Below are positions 52,701 through 64,000 of a stretch of DNA of 64,000 nt, piece by piece. The translations under genes and the position numbers were made by a program. Origin of the DNA: Eledone cirrhosa. Lineage: Eukaryota. The first letter of the stretch is position 1. The number at the start of each line of letters is the position of its first letter. The DNA is taken from positions 261,268,001 to 261,332,000 of the forward strand of contig OZ024741.1 in NCBI GenBank assembly GCA_964016885.1, in the 5' to 3' direction. The notes beneath the pieces were generated by a model that did not search any database, was not told where the DNA came from, and saw only the letters and a list, made by a program, of their open reading frames with translations.

Positions 52701-55700
52701 GTTTTGACTTAAGGGTGTTTCGACTTACAAGTGTTTCGACTTACGAGTGTTTCGACTTACGAGTGTTCTGACTTACGAGTGTTTTGACTTACGGGTGTTC
52801 TGACTTACGAGTGTTCTGACTTACGAGTGTTCTGATTTACGAGTGTTCCGACTTACGAGTGTTTCGGCTTACGAGTGTTTCGGCTTACGAGTGTTTTGAC
52901 TTACGGGTGTTCTGACTTACGAGTCTTCTGACTTACGAGTGTTCTGATTTACGAGTGTTCCGACTTACGAGTGTTTCGGCTTACGAGTGTTTCGGCTTAC
53001 GAGTGTTTCGGCTTACGAGTGTTTCCGGCTTACGAGTGTTTCGACTTACGAGTGTTTCGACTTTCGAGTGTTTTGACTTACGGTGTTTCGGCTTACGAGT
53101 GATTCGACTTACGAGTGTTTTGACTTACGGGTGTTTTGAGTTACGGGTGTTGTGAATTACCAGTGTTCCGCTTTACGAGCGTTTTGACTTACGGTGTTTC
53201 GGCTTGCGAGTGTTTCGACTTACGAGTGTTTCGGCTTATGAGTGTTTCGACTTACTAATGTTTTTACTTACGAGTGTTTCGGCGTTCGAGTGTTTTGAAT
53301 TACGAGTGTTTCGACTTACGAGTGTTCCTACTTACGAGTGTTTCGGTTTACGAGTGTTTCGACATACGAGTGTTTTGACTTACGGGTGTTTCGACTTACG
53401 GGTGTTTCGACTTACGAGTGTTTCGGCTTACGAGTGTTTCGACTTACTAATGTTTTTACTTACGAGTGTTTCGGTGTACGAATGTTTTGACTTAAGGATG
53501 TTTCGACTTACGAGTGTTTCGACTTACGAGTGTTTCGGCTTACGTGAGTTTAGACTTAAGAGTGTTCTGATTTACGAGTGTTCTGACTTGCGGGTGTTCT
53601 GATTTACGAGTGTTCCGACTTACGAGTGTTTCGGCTTATGAGTGTTTCGACTTACGAGTGTTTCGGCTTACGAGTGTTTCTACTTATGGGTGTTTCGACT
53701 TACGAGTGTTTTGACTTACGAGTGTTTTGACTTAAGGGTGTTTCGACTTACGAGTATTTTTGGCTTACGAGTGTTTCGACTTACGAGTGTTTTGAATTAC
53801 GAGTGTTCTGATTTACGGATGTTTCGACATACGAGTGTTTCGACTTACGAGTGTTTCGACTTATGAGTGTTTCGACTTACGAGTGTTTCGACTTACGAGT
53901 GTTTCGGCTTATGAGTGTTTCGACTTACGAGTGTTTTGACTTACGGTGTTTCGGCTTACGAGTGTTTCGACTTACGAGTGTTTTGACTTACGGGTGTTTT
54001 GACATACGAGTGTTTCGATACGAGTGTTCTGACTTACGAGTGTTCTGACTTACGAGTGTTCTGACTTACGAGTGTTTTGACTTACGAGTGTTCTGACTTA
54101 CGAGTGTTCCGACTTACGAGTGTTCCGACTTACGAGTGTTTCGGCTTACGAGTGTTTCCGGCTTACGAGTGTTTCGACTTACGAGTGTTTTGACTTACGC
54201 TGTTTCGGCTTACGAGTGATTCGACTTACGAGTGTTTTGACTTACGGGTGTTTTGACTTACGGGTGTTGTGAATTACGAGTGTTCCGATTTACGAGTGTT
54301 TCGGCTTATGAGTGTTTCGACTTACGAGTGTTTCGGCTTACGAGTGTTTCGACTTATGGGTGTTTCGACTTACGAGTGTTTTTACTTACGGTGTTTCGGC
54401 TTACGAGTGTTTCGACATACGAGTGTTCAGACTTACGAGTGTTCCGACTTACGAGCGTTCCGACTTACGAGTGTTTCGACTTACGAGTGTTAAGACTTAC
54501 GGGTGTTTTGACATACGAGTGTTTCGATACGAGTGTTTCGACTTACGAGTGTTACGAGTGTTCTGACTTACGAGTGTTCTGACTTACGAGTGTTCTGACT
54601 TACGAGTGTTCTGACTTACGAGCGTTCTGACTTACGAGTGTTCGGACTTACGAGTGTTTCGGCTTACGAGTGTTTCGACTTACGAGTGTTCTGACTTACG
54701 AGTGTTCCGACTTACGAGCGTTCCGACTTACGAGTGTTTCGGCTTACAAGTGTTCCGACTTACGAGTGTTTCGACTTACGAGTGTTTTGACTTACGGTGT
54801 TTCTGCTTACGAGAGTTTCGACTTACGAGTGTTAAGACTTACGGGTGTTTTGACATACGAGTGTTTCGATACGAGTGTTTCGACTTACGAGTGTTACGAG
54901 TGTTCTGACTTACGAGTGTTTCGACTTACGAGTGTTCTGACCTACAAGTGTTCTGACTTACGAGTGTTTCGACTTACGAGTGTTCTGACCTACAAGTGTT
55001 CTGACTTACGAGTGTTTCGACTTACGAGTGTTTCGACTTGCGAGTGTTTCGACTTACGAGTGTTTCGGCTTACGAGTGTTTCGGTGTTTCGGCTTACGTG
55101 TGTTTCGACTTCCGAGTGTTTCGACTTACGGGTGTTTTGACTTACGACTGTTTCGGCTTACGAGTGTTTTGACTTACGAGTGTTTCGACTTACGAGTGTT
55201 TCGACTTACGAGTATTTTTGGCTTACGAGTGTTTCGACTTACGAGTGTTTTGACTTACGGGTGTTTTGACATACGAGTGTTTCGATACGAGTGTTCTGAC
55301 TTACGAGTGTTCTGACTTACGAGTGTTTTGACTTACGAGTGTTCTGACATACGAGTGTTCCGACTTACGAGTGTTCCGACTTACGAGTGTTTCGGCTTAC
55401 GAGTGTTTCCGGCTTACGAGTGTTTCGACTTCCGAGTGTTTTGACTTACGGTGTTTCGGCTTACGAGTGATTCGACTTACGAGTGTTTTGACTTACGCGT
55501 GATTTGACTTACGGGTGTTGTGAATTACGAGTGTTCCGATTTACGAGTGTTTTGACTTACGGTGTTTCGGCTTACGAGTGATTCGACTTACGAATGTTTT
55601 GACTTACGGGTGTTTCGGCTTGCGAGTGTTTCTACTTACGAGTGTTTCGGCTTATGGGTGTTTCGACTTACTAATGTTTTTACTTACGAGTGTTTCGGCG

Positions 55701-58700
55701 TACGAGTGTTTTGACTTACGAGTGTTTCGACTTACGAGTGTTTCGACTTTCGAGTGTTTTGACTTACGGTGTTTCGGCTTACGAGTGATTCGACTTACGA
55801 GTGTTTTGACTTACGGGTGTTTTGACTTACGGGTGTTGTGAATTACCAGTGTTCCGATTTACGAGTGTTTTGACTTACGGTGTTTCGGCTTGCGAGTGTT
55901 TCGACTTACGAGTCTTTCGGCTTATGAGTGTTTCGACTTACTAATGTTTTTACTTACGAGTGTTTCGGCGTTCGAGTGTTTTGACTTACGAGTGTTTCGA
56001 CTTACGAGTGTTTTGACTTACGAATGTTATGATTTACGGGTGTTTCGGCTTACGGGTGTTTCGACTTACGAGTGTTTCGACTTATGAGTGTTTCGACTTA
56101 CGAGTGTTCTGACTTACGAGTGTTCTGACTTACGAGTGTTCCGACTTACGAGTGTTTCGGTTTACGAGTGTTTCGACATACGAGTGTTTTGACTTACGGG
56201 TGTTTCGACTTACGGGTGTTTCGACTTACGAGTGTTTCGGCTTACGAGTGTTTCGACTTACTAATGTTTTTACTTACGAGTGTTTCGGTGTACGAATGTT
56301 TTGACTTAAGGATGTTTCGACTTACGAGTGTTTCGACTTACGAGTGTTTCGGCTTACGTGAGTTTCGACATAAGAGTGTTCTGATTTACGAGTGTTCTGA
56401 CCTGCGGGTGTTCTGATTTACGAGTGTTCCGACTTACGAGTGTTTCGGCTTAGGAGTGTTTCGACTTACGAGTGTTTCGGCTTACGAGTGTTTCTACTTA
56501 TGGGTGTTTCGACATAGGAGTGTTTTTACTTATGGTGTTTCGGCTTACGAGTGTTTCGACATACGAGTGTTTTGACTTACGGGTGTTTCGAATTACGAGT
56601 GTTTTGACTTACGAATGTTTTGACTTACGGGTGTTTCGGCTTACGAGTGTTTCGACTTACGAGTGTTTCGGCTTACGAGTGTTTCGATTTACTAATGTTT
56701 TTACTTACGAGTGTTTCGGCGTACGAGAGTTTTGACTTACGAGTGTTTCGACTTACGAGTGTTTTGACTTACGAATGTTTTGACTTACGGGTGTTTCGTC
56801 TTATGAGTGTTTCGACTTACGAGTCTTTCGGCTTACGAGTGTTTCGACTTACTAATGTTTTTACTTACGAGTGTTTCGGCGTACGAGTGTTTCGACTTAC
56901 GAGTGTTTCGACTTACGGGTGTTTTGACTTACGGGTGTTTCGGCTTACGAGTGTTTCGACTTACGAGTGGTTTGACTTAAGGGTGTTTCGACTTACGAGT
57001 GTTTCGACGTACGAATGTTTTGGCTTACGAGTGTTTCGGCTTATGAGTGTTTCGGCGTTCGAGTGTTTTGAATTACGAGTGTTTCGACTTACGAGTGTTC
57101 CGACTTACGAGTGTTTCGGTTTACGTGTGTTTCGACATTCGAGTGTTTTGACTTACGGGTGTTTCGACTTACGGGTGTTTCGACTTACGAGTGTTTCGGC
57201 TTACGAGTGTTTCGACTTACTAATGTTTTTACTTACGAGTGTTTCGGTGTACGAATGTTTTGACTTAAGGATGTTTCGACTTACGAGTGTTTCGACTTAC
57301 GAGTGTTTCGGCTTACGTGAGTTTCGACTTAAGAGTGTTCTGATTTACGAGTGTTCTGACCTGCGGGTGTTCTGATTTACGAGTGTTCCGACTTACGAGT
57401 GTTTCGGCTTATGAGTGTTTCGACTTACGAGTGTTTCGGCTTACGAGTGTTTCTACTTATGGGTGTTTCGACATACGAGTGTTTTTACTTACGGTGTTTC
57501 GGCTTACGAGTGTTTCGACATACGAGTGTTTTGACTTACGGGTGTTTCGACTTACGAGTGTTTTGACTTACGAATGTTTTGACTTACGGGTGTTTCGGCT
57601 TACGAGTGTTTCGACTTACGAGTGTTTCGGCTTACGAGTGTTTCGACTTACTAATGTTTTTACTTACGAGTGTTTCGGCGTACGAGAGTTTTGACTTACG
57701 AGTGTTTCGACTTACGAGTGTTTTGACTTACGAATGTTTTGACTTACGGGTGTTTCGTCTTATGAGTGTTTCGACTTACGAGTCTTTTGGCTTACGAGTG
57801 TTTCGACTTACTAATGTTTTTACTTACGAGTGTTTCGGCGTACGAGTGTTTCGACTTACGAGTGTTTCGACTTACGGGTGTTTTGACTTACGGGTGTTTC
57901 GCCTTACGAGTGTTTCGAATTACGAGTGTTTTGACTTAAGGGTGTTTCGACTTACGAGTGTTTCGACGTACGAATGTTTTGGCTTACCAGTGTTTCGGCT
58001 TATGAGTGTTTCGACTTACGAGTGTTTCGACTTACGAGTGTTTCGGCTTACGAGTGTTTCGACTTACGAGTGTTTCGGCTTACGAGTGTTTCAGTGTTTC
58101 GGCTTACGTGTGTTTCGACTTACGAGTGTTTCGACTTACGACTGTTTCGGCATACGAGTGTTTCGGCTTACGAGTGTTTCGGCTTACGAGTGTTTTGACT
58201 TACGAGTGTTTTGACTTACCATTGTTTGGCTTACGAGTGTTCTGACTTACGAGTGTTCCGACTTACGAGTGTTTCGGCTTATGAGGGTTTCGACTTACGA
58301 GTGCTTCGGCTTACGAGTGTTTCGACTTACGAGTGTTTTGGCTTACGAGTGTTTCGACTTACGAGTGTTTCGACTTACGAGTGTTTTGACTTACGGTGTT
58401 TCGGCTTACGAGTGTTTCGACATACGAGTGTTTTGACGTACGGGTGTTTCGACTTACAGGACTTTCGACTTAAGAGTGTTTCGACTTACGAGCGCTTCGA
58501 CTTACGAGTATTTCGACTTACGAGTGTTTCGGCGTATGAGTGTTTTGACTTACGAGTGTTTCGACTTACGAGTGTTTCGACTTACGAGTGTTTCGACTTA
58601 CGAGTGTTTCGACTTACGAGTGTTTCGACTTACGGGTGTTTTGACATACGAGTGTTTCGATACGAGTGTTCTGACTTACGAGTGTTCTGACTTACGAGTG

Positions 58701-61700
58701 TTCTGACTTACGAGTGTTTCGACATACGAGTGTTTTGACTTACGGGTGTTTCGACTTACGAGTGTTTTGACTTACGAATGTTTTGACTTACGGGTGTTTC
58801 GGCTTACGAGTGTTTCGGCTTACGAGTGTTTCGACTTACTAATGTTTTTACTTACGAGTGTTTCGGCGTACGAGAGTTTTGACTTACGATTGTTTCGACT
58901 TACGAGTTTTTCGACTTACGAGTATCTTGACTTACGAATGTTTTGACTTACGGGTATTTCGGCTTACGAGTGTTTCGACTTACGAGTCTTTCGGCTTACG
59001 AGTGTTTCGACTTACTAATGTTTTTACTTACGAGTGTTTCGGTGTACGAGTGTTTCGACTTCCGAGTGTTTCGACTTACGGGTGTTTTGACTTACGGGTG
59101 TTTCGGCTTACGAGTGTTTTGACTTACGAGTGTTTTGACTTAAGGGTGTTTCGACTTACGAGTATTTTTGGCTTACGAGTGTTTTGACTTACGAGTGTTC
59201 TGATTGACGGATGTTTCGACATACGAGTGTATCGACTTACGAGTGTTTCGACTTATGAGTGTTTCGACTTACGAGTGTTTCGACTTACGAGTGTTTCGGC
59301 TTATGATTGTTTCGACTTACGAGTGTTTTGACTTACGGTGTTTCAGCTTACGAGTATTTCGACTTACGAGTGTTTTGACTTACGGGTGTTTTGACATACG
59401 AGTGTTTCGATACGAGTGTTCTGACTTACAAGTGTTCTGAATACGAGTGTTTTGACTTACGAGTGTTCTGACTTACGAGTGTTCCGACTTACGAGTGTTT
59501 CGGCTTACGAGTGTTTCCGGCTTACGAGTGTTTCGACTTACGAGTGTTTTGACTTACGGTGTTTCGGCTTACGAGTGATTCGACTTACGAGTGTTTTGAC
59601 TTACGGGTGTTTTGACTTACGGGTGTTGTGAATTACGAGTGTTCCGATTTACGAGTGTTTTGACTTACGGTGTTTCGGCTTACGAGTGATTCGACTTACG
59701 AATGTTTTGACTTACGGGTGTTTCGGCTTGCGAGTGTTTCGACTTACGAGTGTTTCGGCTTATGAGTGTTTCGACTTACTAATGTTTTTACTTACGAGTG
59801 TTCTGACTTACGAGTGTTCCGACGTACGAGTGTTCCGACTTACGAGTGTTTCGGCATACGAGTGTTTCCGGCTTACGAGTGTTTCGACTTACGAGTGTTT
59901 CGACTTACGAGTGTTTTGACTTACGGTGTTTCGACTTACCAGTGATTCGACTTACGAGTGTTTTGACTTACGGGTGTTTTGACTTACGGGTGTTGTGAAT
60001 TACGAGTGTTCCGATTTACGAGTGTTTTGACTTACGGTGTTTCGGCTTACGAGTGATTCGACTTACGAATGTTTTGATTTACGGGTGTTTCGGCTTGCTA
60101 GTGTTTCGACTTACGAGTGTTTCGGCTTATGAGTGTTTCGACTTACTACTGTTTTTACTTACGAGTGTTTCGGCGTACGAGTGTTTTGACTTACGAGTGT
60201 TTCGACTTACGAGTGTTTTGACTTACGAATGTTTTGACTTACGGGTGTTTCGGCTTACGAGTGTTTCGACTTACGAGTGTTTCGGCTTGCGAGTGTTTCG
60301 ACTTACTAATGTTTTTACTTACGAGTTTTTCGGCGTTCGAGTGTTGCGACTTACGAGTGTTTCGACTTACGGGTGTTTTGACTTAAGGGTGTTTCGACTT
60401 ACAAGTGTTTCGACTTACGAGTGTTTCGACTTACGAGTGTTCTGACTTACGAGTGTTCTGATTTACGGATGTTTCGACATACGAGTGTTTCGACTTAGGA
60501 GTGTTTCGACTTACGAGTGTTTTGACTTACGGGTGTTCTGACTTACGAGTGTTCTGACTTACGAGTGTTCTGATTTACGAGTGTTCCGACTTACGAGTGT
60601 TTCGGCTTACGAGTGTTTCGGCTTACGAGTGTTTCGGCTTACGAGTGTTTTCGGCTTACGAGTGTTTCGACTTACGAGTGTTTCGACTTTCGAGTGTTTT
60701 GACTTACGGTGTTTCGGCTTACGAGTGATTCGACTTACGAGTGTTTTGACTTACGGGTGTTTTGACTTACGGGTGTTGTGAATTACCAGTGTTCCGATTT
60801 ACGAGTGTTTTGACTTACGGTGTTTCGGCTTGCGAGTGTTTCGACTTACGAGTGTTTCGGCTTATGAGTGTTTCGACTTACTAATGTTTTTACTTACGAG
60901 TGTTTCGGCGTTCGAGTGTTTTGAATTACGAGTGTTTCGACTTACGAGTGTTCCTATTTACGAGTGTTTCGGTTTACGAGTGTTTCGACATACGAGTGTT
61001 TTGACTTACGGGTGTTTCGACTTACGGGTGTTTCGACTTACGAGTGTTTCGGCTTACGAGTGTTTCGACTTACTAATGTTTTTACTTACGAGTGTTTCGG
61101 TGTACGAATGTTTTGACTTAAGGATGTTTCGACTTACGAGTGTTTCGACTTACGAGTGTTTCGGCTTACGTGAGTTTAGACTTAAGAGTGTTCTGATTAA
61201 CGAGTGTTCTGACTTGCGGGTGTTCTGATTTACGAGTGTTCCGACTTACGAGTGTTTCGGCTTATGAGTGTTTCGACTTACGAGTGTTTCGGCTTACGAG
61301 TGTTTCTACTTATGGGTGTTTAGACTTACGAGTGTTTTGAATTACGAGTGTTTTGACTTAAGGGTGTTTCGACTTACGAGTATTTTTGGCTTACGAGTGT
61401 TTCGACTTACGAGTGTTTTGAATTACGAGTGTTCTGATTTACGGATGTTTCGACATACGAGTGTTTCGACTTACGAGTGTTTCGACTTATGAGTGTTTCG
61501 ACTTACGAGTGTTTCGACTTACGAGTGTTTCGGCTTATGAGTGTTTCGACTTACGAGTGTTTTGACTTACGGTGTTTCGGCTTACGAGTGTTTCGACTTA
61601 CGAGTGTTTTGACTTACGGGTGTTTTGACATACGAGTGTTTCGATACGAGTGTTCTGACTTACGAGTGTTCTGACTTACGAGTGTTCTGACTTACGAGTG

Positions 61701-64000
61701 TTTTGACTTACGAGTATTCTGACTTACGAGTGTTCCGACTTACGAGTGTTCCGACTTACGAGTGTTTCGGCTTACGAGTGTTTCCGGCTTACGAGTGTTT
61801 CGACTTACGAGTGTTTTGACTTACGGTGTTTCGGCTTACGAGTGATTCGACTTACGAGTGTTTTGACTTACGGGTGTTTTGACTTACGGGTGTTGTGAAT
61901 TACGAGTGTTCCGATTTACGAGTGTTTCGGCTTATGAGTGTTTCGACTTACGAGTGTTTCGGCTTACGAGTGTTTCGACTTATGGGTGTTTCGACTTACG
62001 AGTGTTTTTACTTACGGTGTTTCGGCTTACGAGTGTTTCGACATGCGAGTGTTCAGACTTACGAGTGTTCCGACTTACGAGCGTTCCGACTTACGAGTGT
62101 TTCGACTTACGAGTGTTAAGACTTACGGGTGTTTTGACATACGAGTGTTTCGATACGAGTGTTTCGACTTACGAGTGTTACGAGTGTTCTGACTTACGAG
62201 TGTTCTGACTTACGAGTGTTCTGACTTACGAGTGTTCTGACTTACGAGTGTTCCGACTTACGAGCGTTCCGACTTACGAGTGTTTCGGCTTACAAGTGTT
62301 CCGACTTACGAGTGTTTCGACTTACGAGTGTTTTGACTTACGGTGTTTCTGCTTACGAGTGTTTCGACTTACGAGTGTTAAGACTTACGGGTGTTTTTAC
62401 ATAGGAGTGTTTCGATACGAGTGTTTCGACTTACGAGTGTTACGAGTGTTCTGACTTACGAGTGTTTCGACTTACGAGTGTTCTGACCTACAAGTGTTCT
62501 GACTTACGAGTGTTTCGACTTACGAGTGTTTCGACTTGCGAGTGTTTCGACTTACGAGTGTTTCGGCTTACGAGTGTTTCGGTGTTTCGGCTTACGTGTG
62601 TTTCGACTTACGACTGTTTCGGCTTACGAGTGTTTTGACTTACGAGTGTTTCGACTTACGAGTGTTTCGACTTACGAGTATTTTTGGCTTACGAGTGTTT
62701 CGACTTACGAGTGTTTTGACTTACGGGTGTTTTGACATACGAGTGTTTCGATACGAGTGTTCTGACTTACGAGTGTTCTGACTTACGAGTGTTTTGACTT
62801 ACGAGTGTTCTGACTTACGAGTGTTCCGACTTACGAGTGTTCCGACTTACGAGTGTTTCGGCTTACGAGTGTTTCCGGCTTACGAGTGTTTCGACTTCCG
62901 AGTGTTTTGACTTACGGTGTTTCGGCTTACGAGTGATTCGACTTACGAGTGTTTTGACTTACGCGTGATTTGACTTACGGGTGTTGTGAATTACGAGTGT
63001 TCCGATTTACGAGTGTTTTGACTTACGGTGTTTCGGCTTACGAGTGATTCGACTTACGAATGTTTTGACTTACGGGTGTTTCGGCTTGCGAGTGTTTCGA
63101 CTTACGAGTGTTTCGGCTTATGGGTGTTTCGACTTACTAATGTTTTTACTTACGTGTTTCGGCGTACGAGTGTTTTGACTTACGAGTGTTTCGACTTACG
63201 AGTGTTTCGACTTTCGAGTGTTTTGACTTACGGTGTTTCGGCTTACGAGTGATTCGACTTACGAGTGTTTTGACTTACGGGTGTTTTGACTTACGGGTGT
63301 TGTGAATTACCAGTGTTCCGATTTACGAGTGTTTTGACTTACGGTGTTTCGGCTTGCGAGTGTTTCGACTTACGAGTGTTTCGGCTTATGAGTGTTTCGA
63401 CTTACTAATGTTTTTACTTACGAGTGTTTCGGCGTTCGAGTGTTTTGACTTACGAGTGTTTCGACTTACGAGTGTTTTGACTTACGAATGTTTTGATTTA
63501 CGGGTGTTTCGGCTTACGGGTGTTTCGACTTACGAGTGTTTCGACTTATGAGTGTTTCGACTTACGAGTGTTCTGACTTACGAGTGTTCTGACTTACGAG
63601 TGTTCCGACTTACGAGTGTTTCGGTTTACGAGTGTTTCGACATACGAGTGTTTTGACTTACGGGTGTTTCGACTTACGGGTGTTTCGACTTACGAGTGTT
63701 TCGGCTTACGAGTGTTTCGACTTACTAATGTTTTTACTTACGAGTGTTTCGGTGTACGAATGTTTTGACTTAAGGAAGTTTCGACTTACGAGTGTTTCGA
63801 CTTACGAGTGTTTCGGCTTACGTGAGTTTCGACTTAAGAGTGTTCTGATTTACGAGTGTTCTGACCTGCGGGTGTTCTGATTTACGAGTGTTCCGACTTA
63901 CGAGTGTTTCGGCTTATGAGTGTTTCGACTTACGAGTGTTTCGGCTTACGAGTGTTTCTACTTATGGGTGTTTCGACATAGGAGTGTTTTTACTTATGGT
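43761..64000 (+). repeat. Mosaic satellite domain of kb-scale duplicated blocks, lacking the AT-rich segment
   Basis: Block offsets: 3597 (46772/50369), 8874 (49872/58746; 51179/60053), 7626 (52955/60581; 54253/61879), 11352 (44226/55578), 7464 (55890/63354), 959 (56620/57579). Confidence 0.8.

Larger units (their letters stand above)
1..64000 (+). repeat. Tandem satellite array, 16-bp monomer GACTTACGAGTGTTTC (~4,000 monomers, all head-to-tail, runs off both window ends)
   Basis: Monomer readable throughout. Common variants are GTTTT-GAC, GTTCT-GAC, GTTCC-GAC, GGCTTACG, TACGGGT, TACGAAT, TATGAG and GACATACG. No inverted block seen. ORF translations are a 16-aa repeat (FRLTSVSTYECFDLRV), equal to 3 monomers. 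Confidence 0.99.

Noticed and set aside
19-63880. Hundreds of + strand ORFs (63-251 aa) with the repeat FRLTSVSTYECFDLRV
   Set aside because: The consensus monomer has no stop on the + strand, and 16 mod 3 = 1 gives the same peptide in all three frames. Most starts are GTG/TTG within the repeat, stops come from monomer variants, and 14/15/17-bp monomers shift frame freely. There is no sign of coding constraint.
1-64000. CRISPR array, with the AT-rich segment as leader or spacer
   Set aside because: Repeats are contiguous 16-mers with no unique spacers, the single interrupting sequence is itself repeated, and there are no cas genes.
1-64000. Telomerase-synthesised long telomeric repeat, as in some yeasts
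   Set aside because: Variants are inherited in multi-kb blocks, which indicates recombination or duplication rather than templated addition. The array is at least 64 kb, lacks G-runs and matches no telomeric repeat I recognise. A recombination-maintained subtelomeric satellite cannot be excluded.

Overview
The whole 64 kb is one unidirectional tandem array (satellite DNA) of a 16-bp monomer, consensus GACTTACGAGTGTTTC, at roughly 4,000 copies. No credible protein-coding gene, RNA gene or CRISPR array is visible. The ORF track is an artefact: the + strand consensus has no stop codon and the - strand has TAA in every monomer. The array is hierarchically organised. (1) 1-20976 is a nearly perfect 6,420-bp higher-order repeat (HOR), about 3.3 copies. 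(2) ~21.0-31.0 kb is a shuffled transition zone. (3) ~31.1-43.8 kb is a second HOR of about 4 kb, 3 copies. (4) ~43.8-64 kb is a mosaic of kb-scale duplicated blocks. The only non-monomer sequence is a 69-bp, ~75% AT segment present 13 times at the same monomer position, in domain-specific alleles. The monomer looks like a shortened CENP-B box and, from recall rather than a search, like subterminal repeats of pogo/Tigger-type DNA transposons. The leading hypothesis is therefore a transposon-derived, possibly centromeric, eukaryotic satellite. The host organism cannot be determined from the sequence.
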